From: Squalus acanthias
Taxonomy: Eukaryota
Length of the DNA stretch: 64,000 bases
Direction of reading: 5' to 3'
Assembly: GCA_030390025.1 (NCBI GenBank)
Contig: CM059427.1
Location: 20,956,001 to 21,020,000 of the forward strand
The notes under the pieces are model-generated. The model did no database searches and was not told the DNA's origin. It saw only the letters and a list, made by a program, of their open reading frames with translations. Below are positions 24,753-38,214 of this stretch, in pieces (within the stretch, counting starts at the first letter, position 1; every line of letters begins with the position of its first letter). A program made the translations under genes and the position numbers.

Positions 24753-24992
24753 AAATTGTTAAAAATCAGAATCCTGACCCCAACCAGCCTCCAAGCTGCC
24801 CACTGCCGGTTCTAACGGAGGCCCAGTTCTTGCTGGATTGGGGCCTCTTGCGGCGTGCGCCGTTAGACATTATTCTGCACCATTCAGCTCGAAAAAAATT
24901 GTGCGGTAACTTGCCGGAAGTGTGAGCTGATAGCGGCACAGCAAGGGCAATGGAGCATCTGAGACCTTAGTGAACGGTGGGACCAACAGTGT

Positions 24993-25200
24993 TTGCCCCA
25001 GAGGGCTGTGAATGCTGAGTCTTTGGGTATATTCAAGGCTGATATAGATAGATTGTTGGACTCTAGGGGAATCAAGGGATATGGAGATTGGGCGGGAAAG
25101 TGGAGTTGAGGTCGATGATCAGCCATAATCTTATTGAATGGCGGAGCAGGCTTGAGGGGCCGTATGGCCTACTCCTGCTCCTAATTCTTATGTTCTTACG
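24993..25200 (+). mobile_element. CR1 3' fragment
   Basis: LPQRAV...GIKGYG end plus CR1 3'UTR tail. Confidence 0.8.
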
Positions 25201-25204
25201 TTTC

Positions 25205-25772
25205 TTCTTAACCAATGAGATTTAAGGATTGAGAAAGAAACAGAGGAATGACAGGGAAGGAGGATGAATTAGACTCAAAACAGGTATAGAAAGAGAAATA
25301 AACGACAGGAAAGATAGATTAGATTATGAGAGAAAAAGGAGACAGAAAGGAAAACATTAAGTTTAAAATTTGACATTTTAAAAATCTCTAACAACAATTG
25401 ACCTTACGCAGGAATGAGATTAAATAGTTTAAATTGTTCCCTTTCTGTGCCAGAGAGGTTGATTGACATTGCATTAACAATTATGTCACTAAAAGGGTAA
25501 TTACGCTCTCAATTATCAGACTTATCTTTCTGTGGCGGGTTTAATGAGCACTTAATGTGCAAATCTGGCAAGTTCTTAAAAATAACGGGGAGGTTGCGGG
25601 CGAGATGCCGGTTATGTGAAGCAAACAACAGGGCAGTGTAAATTGACCAGCACGTTCTGGAGATTTGCAACTCATGGCGTATCACTTCATCCCCTGAACT
25701 CGCTGGCCAATTTGTGCTTTAATAACAGTGTGTGTGGTTAACACGCGTTATTGTTCCAGCAAGATCCGGCCC
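25205..25772. mobile_element. Probable Harbinger-type MITE remnant related to H2
   Basis: Right end ...caagatccggccc resembles the H2 TIR; the left end is obscured by CR1 insertions. Confidence 0.35.
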
Positions 25773-26504
25773 AATCATTCTGAGAATGATCGTTAAAGAG
25801 AGCATGATGGTTCTCCTGAGCCTTATCTACTTATTGAATCTTGCAACATATACATATAAATGCAGTGCAGAGGATTTAAAAGAAAGAAAAACAAATACTG
25901 AAGGTGGGACACAGAAGAATAAAGGTCTGGAAAGCCAGATAAGTGCATATACATTCTTAGTCCCGATAAATTGTCAGGGGATTCATGAGAATGATAAATA
26001 AATATAAATAGTCACATGTTTCTTTATATTCTGACCTTCATCCTTACAGGATGACTAACCTTCTGAATCCACACTGATAGATGAAGATGAAAGAAGTGTA
26101 CAAGTTGGTAAACAAGAGCTGATTCTGCAATACTTCCAACGCCTTGTGTAATTACTACCGGGGGGAGGTGGAATGAATACTAATGGTAACAGGCATATAA
26201 ATGAAAAGTCAGGAGCAGAAACGAAGGGACTCTTATCTTGTCATAGTATATGCCAGTAATAGGTTATCAATGTGCATGAAATCTATTAATTATTCAACCT
26301 TTTATTTCTATTCTGAAATTTTGAAAAGGTGAATAATTTCAGATAGGAAATATTATTTTTTCATCTCCAATGTTATAACTTCTATTGGTTTATTTATTGG
26401 ATTTTTATTCAAATAGCACTCTGGAATTGGTTTGTGAAATGGCTTGTTTTAACTTCATGACATATTTATTCAAATTCCAATGCATCATCTACTGCTAACA
26501 ATGA

Positions 26505-27265
26505 ACTCTTGCTTTGGGAATTGTGCCGTTAGATTGGAAAATTGCAAATGTCACTCCATTATTTAAGCAGGGGGAAGAGGATCCAGGTAACTGCAGGCCT
26601 GTCAATTTATCGGCAGTTGTAGGGAAGCTACTAGAACCTGTCATTAAGTATAGAGTGACTCAATACTTGAGAAAATATGAGCTGATTAGAGAGCCAGCAT
26701 GGCCTTGTTAAAGGTAATTCATGTCTGACTAACCAATTGAATTTTTTGAAGAGGTCACTAATAAGGTAGACAAGGGAATGTCTATGGATGTTATTTATAT
26801 GGACTTTCAGAAGGCATTTGAGGGTTAAATTATGAGGACAGGTTGCGTAAGTTTGGCTTGTAATCCCTTGAGTATAGAAAATTGAGGGGGGTGATCTGAT
26901 TGAGGTGTTTAAATGTTAAAAGCAATCATTAGGGTAGATACAGAGAAAATATTTCCTCTGATGGGGGAATCAAGAATGAGCGGACATAATCCTAAAATTA
27001 GAGCTAGGTTATTTAGGAGGGAAATTAAGAAACATTTTTTCACACAAAGCATAGTAGAAATCTAGAATTCTCTCCCCCTAAAGGCTGTGGATGCTGGAAC
27101 AATTTGAACTTTCAAGACTAAGATTGCTATATTTTTGTTAGGTAAGGGTGTAAAGGGATATGGAGTTAAGGTGGGTAAATAGAGTTGAGGGACAGATCAG
27201 CCATGATCTAATTGAATGGCGGAGCAGGCTCGAGGGGCTGAATGGCCTACTCCTGTTCCTATCTT
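26505..27265 (+). mobile_element. Degraded CR1 with internal deletion
   Basis: VPLDWKIANVTPLFK..YMDFQKAF joined directly (~26820) to the C-terminal region and 3'UTR. Confidence 0.8.
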
Positions 27266-28305
27266 CCCAACTTAAACCTGCTGAAGAACATTATGGAGCC
27301 AAAATTCCTCTGGAGCTTCCACTAGTCTCCTGCTGTACCACCATTTCCAGGAGTTCTCGATTTGCCGTGTAAGGGCAGAACATCTGCCTGTGCGTTAGGA
27401 GACAAGTATCATTCAGAGGAGTTGAGTCAGGGGTAGGGATATCCTATGCCAGACTTCCTATTCCAGTTGTTCAGTTGTGACTTGGCTTGTCCATAGAAGC
27501 CAGTTTGCTCAGTAAGGTGAAGTGTACCAGAATCCAGATGTGCAGACAGCAGAAACATTCTGGACTCGCTGCAGAAAAGTTTTGTCAGACCAGCCACCTG
27601 ATACAGAGGGCTGAGGGGAACATGACCAGCGTTGGAAAGAGGTGGCTAGGCAACCCCACTGTAAATACTGGCAGGGTCAGTGCTAGTAGACATTAGCGGC
27701 TGCAACCTTGGTGTGATTGCCAGGATCGCACGCCAAGGAATTTTGGCTCATATACAACTATCTATTTGCATGTACATTTTCAGCAGTCACATTTTCTTCT
27801 TTAATGTAACAAAAATGAAATAGGGCCATTTCATATAAACTAGTTTAGTTAATGACAAACCTCAATAATGCGTTTTCACTTCATTCTTTAACAGAAATAT
27901 AGAAATGTAAGGCAGCATTAAGATAACCCAAAATACAATGTTGTTAAAGCAAAGTAACAAAATAGATAATATTTCAAACTTGATCATATGGCCTGTGCGT
28001 AGTTCAGCTGTCTGTAGTAATTAACTATGTACTTTAAAGTTCACTTCATAACCTTGGAAGAGCATCCCTCCTGCACCATGACACATAGGGCTGTCGGCAG
28101 GAAGTTATTAATTGCACACATTCCCTCCAAATGCTGCCACTCCCCGAATCACTGATCATGCATTTCTTGGGGGTGGGGGTGGGGAGGGAGGGAGAGTAGT
28201 TGCATTTTGGTTAATTTTGAACACATTTTCTTTACATTTATAGAAAAAATAAGTGACTTTTGGGTTAATCCACATTCAACAGACCATCGGACTATCACCT
28301 ATCAG

Positions 28306-29199
28306 CAGTGGCGTAGCTAGGAATGGAAATTTGGGTGGGCCCCAACTTATGGTGAATGGGCAGTAACTAAAGGTCTGACGTCACAGCAAATCATTTAGAT
28401 TGCAAATGATTTAAAACAGTTAAAACCCCACATACATTAAATAGCGCCCCTGTAGATCCAATTAACATGTTTGAAGTAGACAAAAAATAGATTCTACATA
28501 AATCTGCAGTAAATGTACTTAAAGAAGCCAAGCAAGCAGTGTCACCAAACCAGCAAGAACATAGTCATTTAAAATGTTAACAATTAGTAAATGAAATGAA
28601 AGTCAGTAAATTACTTACGTTGCCTTACAGGTGGACAATCTGTCTATAATCCAGCAAAATCACTTGTTTGATCCATTTAAGCTTTGGTGCAAGTCAAAAT
28701 GAAAGCACCACAGTGAGATCTCAGTGAACCAATCCAAATGATCAATTGGTGGAGCTGGGATGAGACTAATTTGTGGAGTGAGTTGCATTGTGATGCTCTG
28801 GAGGAGGAGGCTGTAAAAGGCAGTGTGGAAGAATTCTCGGGTTCATTCTGACTCGGAGAGAGCATGTGGAGGTTTCGAGTTATGCATTACTGAGGACTAA
28901 CAAAACTCAAAATATGTACGCACAACTTCTCGGAAAGTCTGTGGCTCTCTAGTTCAACAAAAGACAGGAAGAATGAACACACTGCAGCCGAATCCTGAGA
29001 TGGCCCTGATTGTAACTGATCCCACCACTGGCAAATGTTACTGCAGAGGCAGTGTGGTGAAAAGTAAATAATGACTGAATTTGGAGGGAGAGAAAGAAAA
29101 CTACACAAAGGCACGCTTAAATTAGGCATTTACACAGGCTCAGACTTGGGTGGGGCTGAGTGCTAGGCCCACCCAGGCTCACCTGTGGCTTAGTCCCTG
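28306..29199. mobile_element. Old hAT-type non-autonomous element
   Basis: Termini CAGTGGCGTAGCTA / TGGCTTAGTCCCTG; 8-bp TSD CCTATCAG (28298-28305) vs CCTATCAC (29200-29207). Confidence 0.65.
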
Positions 29200-30346
29200 C
29201 CTATCACTTCCCATAAAGCTACCTGTACATAGAGGCACTCTATGTCCTCTAACCTCACCTAATTCACAAAGACCTTCCTCCAGGTCACAGAAGCACTCTC
29301 CATTTCCAGTTCCACTCCTCCCACCCCGCCAACCCTCAGTTCACAGAAGCACTCCATCCTCCAGATCCCCCTCCACCTAGTTCATAAGTGTATTCTATCC
29401 CCTTGACGATATTCTCATTGCTGGTCTCAGCTGCAGCTCATACTTGTTGGACTCTGGGACTGCACTCTGTCCTCCAGGTGGGAATTCTTGATCTGTCATG
29501 GGACTAAGAATTCCACTTGCCACCTGCACCAGATTCCCCTCCAAGAGCGAAGCAACAGTGACCGATACGAGCTGCAGTGAGAGCTGGTAGCGAGAATGTG
29601 AAGGAGTGGAGCAGTAATCATTTCTTGGTCAAATCTTTGGGGTCAGGAAATCTGCTGCTATATGATGAACTCGCTGATTTGCCATAACAGGGGATATAAA
29701 GTATACAGAATTGTGTACAGTGCATGCACCTGGATACACCCCTGCTACCACATTTAAAGTATACACTGAAAATCTAAGGGACCCTAAAGCCAAATTGAGT
29801 ATTGACGTAAGAAAACTACTAGGCACTTGGTCTAAGCATTAAACAAAGCTTTAATCAACTGTTTTTCAACATGGAGATCTAGTTGTGTCCTTCACTAGTT
29901 CCTGTTAAAGAATGTCCTGAGCAAGCTGGGCCCATGCCCGAGTATTTATACTCTCCCTGGACAGCGCCACCAGCAGGCTGCCCAGTATTATTTCATAAGT
30001 AATTTCCACATGAATGACAAGATTCATGTCAAGTATCATTTCCGTCGTGGTTTTAAATCAGGCGCAAATGTCTGCTGTGGATTAGTCCGTGACTGTTACA
30101 GATGTTAACAGTCAGAGGTAAAAGTTAGTATCTGAGACCGCAGTGTGGAATTTGGACAGAGAATAATGTGGTGGGGTTGATATTTATGCAAAAAGCACCA
30201 AATAAAATCCTTCTCAATTAGGTCACAGCCAATTAAGGGTAACACTGAACTTTCTGCAACATCACCTATTCATCTTCCACAAAAATTCTTCTCACTAATA
30301 TTATTCACTATATATATTGTAATTTTAGAGGAGCCATATATTTAAT

Positions 30347-31110
30347 GGCCTGGAATTTGCAGTGGGTGATAATGGCAAACTAACAGTGTTCACCGTTATT
30401 ACCCCTTTGAAACTGACTGCAACTTCAGGATGGAGTGCATGCGCATCTAAATGCCAAAATCCTGAAGTTTCGGTCAGTCATTCACTGCTCCGACACTGGC
30501 TGTGCTGTGGCCCTCCCCCCGCCCCATAGCCAGCAATCAGTGTAATCAGTGAAACTGACGAAAACTTGGGCTTTTGGGTTTTTCCACTGTAATATCACTG
30601 TTAAATACCCCTTTTGGATTAGGTGTAACTAGGGTTTTAACAGTGTATTGACTGCTAGACAAAAGTTATGGCCTTGAAAAACTCATTTTAATTTTGTGGA
30701 GTGTCAAATTTCTCCATTATGATAAAAATTACAATTTTTAAGAAACTTTAAAAAAAAGTTTATATTTTTCAGAAGTTTGTTCATGATTATTTCAGATTAT
30801 ACCTTATCCCCATGTGAGAGCCCCAATTTTTGTTTTGCTCTCTGTAACATTTTAAAAAGTCGGGATAAAAGCAGGTTCTCATTTCCTGCTTCCCTGTCTG
30901 TGAGAATTCTGCATTGTAATTGGCTGCTTTGACAGCTTGTTGATATCACAGCAGATCGCGGTAGGGATTCCCCACTATATTGCACTGAAATCACTTACGC
31001 ATCGGAAAAGACAAACTTCTCGACACAGAGATCGCGAGATCTCTGTGGGCAGCTTTCTTTGGGCCATCGACGAATGCCTTTGCTTCGCTGCTGACTGCAA
31101 ATTCCGGACC
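30347..31110. mobile_element. Harbinger-type MITE (family H2), copy 2
   Basis: TIRs GGCCTGGAATTTGCAGT / GGTCCGGAATTTGCAGT; TSD AAT/AAT; collinear with 2419-3095. Confidence 0.8.
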
Positions 31111-31480
31111 AATGTGTCAATACTGTTGTGAGATTATTCTATGACTAATACATCTCAAGTTGCTGCTCACTAAGTCAAAGGTTAATGGCAGGAGTCTCCT
31201 ACATAACATCATGGGCCATAAAACCTGGACCAGAGTGGATGATGAAATGGAGCTGTTGTGAAGATTTGTATCTGACACTCGGTGACTCACATGTCCATGC
31301 AGCACAACAGAAAACAAAAAAAAGTCCCAGAAAAGATTGATACTGAAAGGTCAGGAAATGATGGAAGCTGTAGAAAGGGAGGAGAAGGCAGGCCTAAGGC
31401 TGTTCACGAAATGGGATGGGCGAGTTAAATGCTAAGTTCGGTGCTTTGTTTAGAGAAATGCTGCAATTTTTAGATATTTA

Positions 31481-32373
31481 GGGGGAAAAATTCAGTTGGT
31501 TGCACCTCCTGTTAGCGCCTTAAGAGGGCGCTAATGGGGCGCAAAGCAGCTAGCGCCCGGGCGCGGCGAAGTTTGCGCCGCTCGCGAAATTAACTAGACA
31601 TTTTGCGGCGGCGCTAAACACTACCGCCACGATCTCCTGCGCCGGCAGATCGTGACGTCAGACAAGTGTGCAACGCCCCGGTATCGCCCCGGAGCGGATA
31701 TTGAGTGGCGCCCCCTGCCTTACCGCCTGACGCTAGCAACGACAGGTTGATAGGAGCGTTCTTCTGTCATGAAGGGAAAGGGGGAGCGCTATTTAAAGGT
31801 GACCGCTTCCTGCCTTTTATTGTTGGTGCCATTTTTGAACTACGCATTCTGAGAGAGAGTGAGAGAGACTTCTGGAGAGATTCAACATTGTGTGAAGGAG
31901 TTTTGGGTACTGAGCAGCACTTTGCAGGCTCATTTTGATTTGCCATTCCTTGTATCGATTTAGAAAAGACTGTGGGGGCTGCACTCTGAGCTCTTTGCCT
32001 GGTACTCTCCATTGTTCTTTCCAGCAGATTTGATGTGCAGGTCTCTCCAGGCCAAGATTCAAGGCTGCAATGAGCAGGATGTGGATGGAAAGCAAGATCA
32101 ACCATCCCCTTTAAGAACTGGCCCGTGCCATTGTGTGTGTTTTCCATTGCTGACTGACATTACATGAGCTTCGCCAGCGCTCTGAGTTAGCGCCTCACTC
32201 CTCGGCCTTTGCGCCTTAAGACAGGTGTGCAGCGCCTGATTTAGCGCTCCAATCACCTCCCGGGGCGTTAAAAGTGAAGTTTCCAGTCAGTGGCGATAAT
32301 TAGCGCCAGGCGCTAATCTTTGCGCCCGGACGATATTTGCGCCCCAAACGGGGCGCGACTGAATTTTCCCCCC
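31481..32373 (-). mobile_element. Harbinger-type non-autonomous element H1, copy 2
   Basis: TIRs GGGGGAAAAATTCAGT / GGGGGGAAAATTCAGT; TSD TTA/TTA. Confidence 0.9.
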
Positions 32374-32459
32374 TTATTCTTTTAGAAATTTTATTTACAG
32401 TGGGTATATAATGGGATAGGTGAGAGAGCAACATGGATGCTTTCCACCATCTTTCCACC

Positions 32460-32996
32460 AAAGGCAAGTGTTTCTACCATCCAGAAGGCACAAGTAAGGA
32501 GTGTGATGGAATACTCTCCACTTGCCTGGATGAGTGCAGCTCCAACAACACTCAAGAAGCGCGACACCATCCAGGACAAAGCAGCCCGCTTGATTGGCAC
32601 CCCATCCACCACCTTAAACATTCACTCCCTCCACCACCGTGGCTGCAGTGTGTACCAACTACAAGATGCACTGCAGCAACTCGCCAAGGCTTCTTCGACA
32701 GCACCTCTGAAGCCCGTGACCTCTACCACCTAGAAGGACAGGAGCAGCAGCCGCATGGGAATACCACCATCTGCAAGTTCCCCTCCAAGTCACACACCAT
32801 CCTGACTTGGAAATATATCGTTGATCCTTCATCGTTGCTGGGTCAAAATCCTAGAACTCCCTCCCTAACAGCACTGTGGGAGTACCTTCACCTCACGGAC
32901 TGTAGCGGTTCAAGAAGGCGGCTCAGCACCACCTTCTCCAGGGCAATAAATGCTGGCCCTGCCAGCGACGCCCACATCCCATGAATGAATTAAAAA
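32460..32996 (+). mobile_element. CR1-group LINE 'family B' 3' part
   Basis: KAQVRSVMEYSPLAWMSAAPTTLKK plus family-B 3' end. Confidence 0.85.
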
Positions 32997-33197
32997 CAGG
33001 ATGCTGAAAGGATTTGGTAAGAAATGTGCAGAGAAAGTGAGGTGAGTGTTCATAGAATCTTACAGCACAGAAGGAATCCATTCAGCACATCATGCCTGTG
33101 CCGGCTCTTTGATAGTGTTGAATTGGTTCCTGGAGCTGAGCAGAAAAGTGCGGCAGATTTTTTGTGCTAGCCACACAACTAAATTGTGACATGCTAT

Positions 33198-33827
33198 TGG
33201 GGTGATTTTAATCCTACCTGTCTGGTAGAAACTGGGCGGGTGAGCAGATAAAATTGCCCAGGTTATTTATGTGCTAGATAGCTGCCAGGATCTCAATGTT
33301 CCAGATTATAACCTGCTTTACTGAGCAGGCGGCAAGGACACCTGCCCAAAACCAGTGGGGTCCTTCTTACTATATGCATATCTGATCCTGATGACATCAT
33401 CGGGACTGATTGCAATTTTAACTGAGGCCAGAGCGGGGAATGTAATTTAGGACCTGCTGGGAAGAAAAAGATGCCGAAAAAAGGTAAGTTTTTTTTGGTT
33501 TCCTTTGTGGGGCAAGGAGGAGCAGGAATGATCCTCTGGCTCCCAAAAGGAAAGCTTAGTCTTCCCCTGCCCCAGACTCTCCCTGCCCCCTTCCTGAACA
33601 CAAGACGACCTCAGACGCCGATCACACCACCTCCCTTATGTCGGCGGGCGGCCTCTGGGCCGCAGATTTTCCGCCACTTCCTGCCTGCTTCTCGTTTGGA
33701 ACTGGCAGGAAGTCAGCCAGCAGGATTTAAACAAGGTAGTTAAAATAAACTGGGCTTAATTTTTGGAGCAGCAGTTGAGTTTTGCTACCCACCTGCCCAA
33801 AACCTACCTGGAGTTAAAATCGGGGCC
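33198..33827. mobile_element. Probable old Harbinger-type MITE (family H3)
   Basis: Weak TIR core GATTTTAA at both ends; internal similarity to 35452-36189 (tttcctttgtggg.caaggag). Confidence 0.4.
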
Positions 33828-34091
33828 TAGATTGGGGCCTAGATTACTGCTCAATCTCCTATGGTGTTGCACATAGGGAGTGGAAACCAAGTGTAGTGTT
33901 TGGAGATGTGGGGTTTGAGGGCAGTGGATTAATGGATGAAGGATCACAGATTATTTAAGTCCTCATTTAAAGTCATACATTGTATCCTTATTTTTATATA
34001 ATATATAGATTTTATATTATCTATAGTTAAAAAGAAAATCAAAAGTATATTCCAGGAACAGCTAAATTCTGACGGATAGGCCTCCTGGATC

Positions 34092-34398
34092 ATCACAGAA
34101 TCACCACAGTGCAGATAGAGGCCATTTCGGCCCATCGAGCCTGCACCGACACATATCCCACCCTATCCCCGCGTATTTAATCCCCCTAACACTAAGGGTC
34201 AACTTTTTATCATAGCCAAATCAACCTAACCCGCACATCTTTGGACTGTGGGAGGAAACCGGAGCACCCGGAGGAAACCCACGCAGACACGGGGAGAATG
34301 TGCAAACTCCACACAGACAGTCACCCGAGGCCGGATTCGAACCCGGGTCCCTGGCGCTGTGAGGCAACAGTGCTAACCACTATGCCACCGTGTTGCCC
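34092..34398 (-). mobile_element. tRNA-derived V-SINE (HE1-like) with CR1-type tail
   Basis: Minus strand shows A box TGGCATAGTGG, B box GGTTCGAATCC, V-domain TGTGGAGTTTGCACATTCTCCCCGTGTCTGCGTGGGTTTCCTCCGGGTGCTCCGGTTTCCTCCCAC and tail GCTCGATGGGCCGAA. Confidence 0.9.
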
Positions 34399-35451
34399 AT
34401 CCTTGTAAAAAAACATTTTGAGTGTTAATTCTATTTTACAAATATAAATTTCTACATAAGATTTCTGAAAGAAAATGCGTTTGTTATGTTTTGGAAGAAA
34501 AATCTGAGTAAATGCAAACTCCAACTTATCTACTTTTCTATCATGATTCCAGCTGCACTGCAGACAGAACATTCCTACATTTAGATACAAATAAAAATAA
34601 TTGTTTAAGTTTTTTTCCTAAGAAATAAGTCATTAAACTAAAAAAATAAATGAACAAACTGCACAATTTATACATCAGTGATCAGGCAACAAAATCACAC
34701 AAAGATACCACTGCACCTTAATCACGGAGCAGATTAAGGAACAAGACCATTCACTTTCTTTTTAACACAATCGGTTGCAATATCTTTAGTTTTTCATCTC
34801 AGAGAGGTATCAGCATCAATAAACATTTTAAAACTCAACATTTAAAATAATGATAATTAGTCTTAATGCACAATACTTTCTCTGTGTCGCTGCTGATTTA
34901 AAATATATGTATATGTTTAAATACTGAATGTAAATAAGATCAAGGGAATTGGCTGAAAAATCAAAAGGGTTCCATCTTAGGTCCCATTTCAGCTTCCAAC
35001 CAGCAGCACTGATGAAGATGTAAACCTATCCCAGGTCACCAGTCTCTCCACTAAGCACGGGTCTATTTAAATGAGATGAATATTGATATACATGAAATAA
35101 ATGTTTGGCTCATCATCTAGAGCAAAAAAATCTTCCTTATTTGGTAGACCAATAAAAAAATGTAGTGCATTTTGAAATTAATAATTAATAATTTATAAAA
35201 AACATTCTATTTAAAATTGATGTAGATAGTTTAGGTGTTATAGGAGTTATTCTGAATCAATGAAGTTATTTACTTGAGAGCACATTCTGATTGTTCTGAA
35301 TTAAGTCCTCATGATATTAAATCTAATATCAATCTTACCTTAATTATTTTCATTTTCTCCCTTAGGTAAAGAATTTTAAACACGTTTACCAAATACCATT
35401 TCTGGTTCTCAGAGTGTGAATATCCCTATTTTTAATGCTTTTTTACACTAA

Positions 35452-36189
35452 AGCCTGATTTCAACCTTTCCCCCCCCCCCCCATGCCCAATGAGATGGGA
35501 CGTGCGGGGGTGGGGGGTTAAAATAGGGGCAGAGTACTTACTTCCTCATTTGTGGCGAATTCCCAGCAGGTATTTTAACTCCCAGGTTTTGGGAGGCATG
35601 TGAGGCCCTTTGTTGCAGGCAGGGGAGGGCCTCATAAATATTCAAAAGTTGGAGTCCGATGATGTCATTCGGACCTCATTGCGAATTTAGACCTTGGCAG
35701 TGGTAGTTGCGAACAGTGCCAACAGCACCAGGGGAAGCTGGCGTCAGATGGATCCAGAGCCAGAAGAGGTAAATATTTTTTAAAGTTTTACTGGTTTCTT
35801 TGTGGGCCAGGAGCAGCACTGGAGGTGTGCTCTTCCAGGCCCCACAAAGCAACCTGTCCCGGGCTTACTCCCTCTCCTGACTGTGATTGCCTCCCAACGC
35901 CCCACCCCTTCCCTTGCCAACTTACCTTAGTGCCAGCGACAGTGCCATCAAATTCCCAACACCAGCCTCCTGCTGCCCGAAACCCCGCTCCTCCCCGCTG
36001 GCGCCCTCGTCATATCTGCCAGGTTGGGCAGGAGTCCATTTTGTGATATGATAATGAGGCCTGGGGGCTGAAATGGCCTGAGTCTCTCGTCAGCGCGGCT
36101 GTGCGAGCTTGGCATTCTACCCCCTCACCTGCCACCCCCCGTTGCTCCTCCCCAAAGCCGCACTCGCGCCCTGAGTTAAAATCAGGGCT
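35452..36189. mobile_element. Probable Harbinger-type MITE (family H3)
   Basis: TIRs AGCCTGATTTCAAC / AGCCCTGATTTTAAC; TAA on both flanks. Confidence 0.5.
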
Positions 36190-36401
36190 TAACTTTCTTC
36201 CATGTTATATCCAACCTTTTCTGTTGGTAGCAATCTTTAACCATTTTAGTGATCGTGTAACACCAGAAATTGGCCCAATTCCAATTTACCTCTGATAATG
36301 CTGTTTTGCTTTCCTCGGGTAGTTTAACTACTACTTAACTAGTATATCTAACACCTGGTGATATTAAGGCAGCTACAGAGAGTGCAATTCCAGATTACTA
36401 T

Positions 36402-38201
36402 GGCCGCGAATTTCCCAGCGGAGACGGGATGGTGGCGGGAGAGCTGGTTTCCGGGTTCCAGTTGCAAACCTGGCTGTAGCCGTTCTGTCAAAGGGACTTT
36501 CCCTTGATTGGCCTTGTTAAGCCTGCCTTGTGGGCTTCCTGGCCAATTAACAGGAAGCGGGTCTAATGACATCATTTGATGATGTGTCATCAGCCGGTTT
36601 CCTTAAAGGGACCACGTCCACATTGAGTTTGATAGTTGTTCTGTCAGTGTTTGATAGCATTGAGGTGCTGCAAACACTGACAAGCACTGCACAAAAGTGG
36701 ACACTTGTACCCAGGCTCTCAAATGACTCCCTCCATATGCTTATGAAGGGAGTCACAGCACGCAGGGAGGTTCTGTTCCCTTCCAAGGCCGGAAGAGACC
36801 TCCCCAGGACACCAATACAGCCTGGTTGCACATTGCACAGGAAGGCAAAAGCAGGGATGCCGTCAGGGGTCCCTGGCTGCAGTGGTGCAAACCTTTCAAT
36901 GATCTCAGTGGATCACGAAACGTTACTGCAAAGCCACACTCAAACTCACCCTGCTGTGCCACTCAACACATCCCCATAACTCTGCCTTCCCTACCCTTCT
37001 CCTGCACATCCTTACTCACACCAACTTACCTTGCACCTCCACCCAACACTCTCTATCTACTTTATCACTTCCCCATCTCACTAGCCACCCCTCACACTCA
37101 CCCTCATCCTACTACAAGTATACCACCTAACAACACACAAGGGTAGGCACTTGAGAGATTTAGCCAATGTTCATGTAAAGTTTCTGGTAATGTGCTGTCA
37201 TACAGTGAAATCTATATTTTCATCACAGCCCCTTATTGGACAGATCTGTGCGCACCTTGAGAAATGGCGTACTGAGTTCCAGTGAATGTTGAGACATAAC
37301 TTCCCCCACCAACCCCCCTCCCCCGCTATAGTGATGAATGTGCATGGAATGGTTTGGACATTAAAGGGATGCTTCACGTTGCTGTTGTGGGATGGTGCCA
37401 ACCTGGCGCATCTTGTGGCGGCCAGGGTTAACAGCGTCAAGTGATGTAAATCTGGCCATGGTGATGCCATCGCTGGCCTCCCAGGCAGCAATGTTGTCAG
37501 GGGCTGATGCCCTGTGCCCAGTGCAGCATCAGGTGATGGCGCAGAAGGTTGGTGATGTTGTTGGTGATGTTGGTGTGCCTGGTGATGTTGGTATTGGGGC
37601 TGTTCGTGGAAGGATTCGGAGGAGCAAGGTGTGATTGTTTCAAGGGCACCGATGTTGCTGCAATAGATGACAGCTGCAGGTGAGATGACAGAAGCGATCT
37701 GTCAATGTGAGAGAGGTTGTTCCAATGAGGTGGCACTGGACATGCAGTTGCCTCTAAACACTTTTAAGCTAAAGAAATCTCTATATGTATTACAAATGCA
37801 GTAACCAACAGTTTCTGCGCTCTGAAACTGACCATCTGCAACATGGCATCCTTTACACCACTTCTGCAGCTGTCAGCTTATCAGAAACATCAGAACTGAC
37901 TCAACTCACGCCAGGGTGAGCTGGTGTGTTCCCGAGCAGCGGGTAGTCCGTGGGGGAGAACGTAAAATAGGAAGGAAGCCACAAAATAGTTTTAAATAGG
38001 CTCTTAACAAGCCATTTAACTAGCTTAATTGTATCCCCCACCGCTTGGTGTTGGGTCAGTTCTCCGCTGACAGACCCGACACCTGGGAGAATGGCGTGGA
38101 GGCGGGTTGACAGCGGGTTTCCTGCCCGCTGTCAATCTTTGCTATTTTGACAGCGGACCCGCCTCCAAACCCGCCCTCTGAGCGCCGGCAAATTCACAGC
38201 C
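36402..38201. mobile_element. Harbinger deletion derivative C carrying Myb/SANT exon 1 (+, ~36700-36915)
   Basis: TIRs GGCCGCGAATTT / GGCTGTGAATTT (CpG decay); PRLSNDSLHMLMKGVTARREVLFP...WLQWCKPFNDL. Confidence 0.65.
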
Positions 38202-38214
38202 TTGTCTCAGTGGC

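Noticed and set aside
27360-27745. GC-richer segment that may be an old retroelement 5' end
   Set aside because: No motif, TIR or second copy that I can support.
34325-34398. tRNA gene
   Set aside because: The A/B boxes are the head of a V-SINE that continues into the V-domain and a LINE-type tail.
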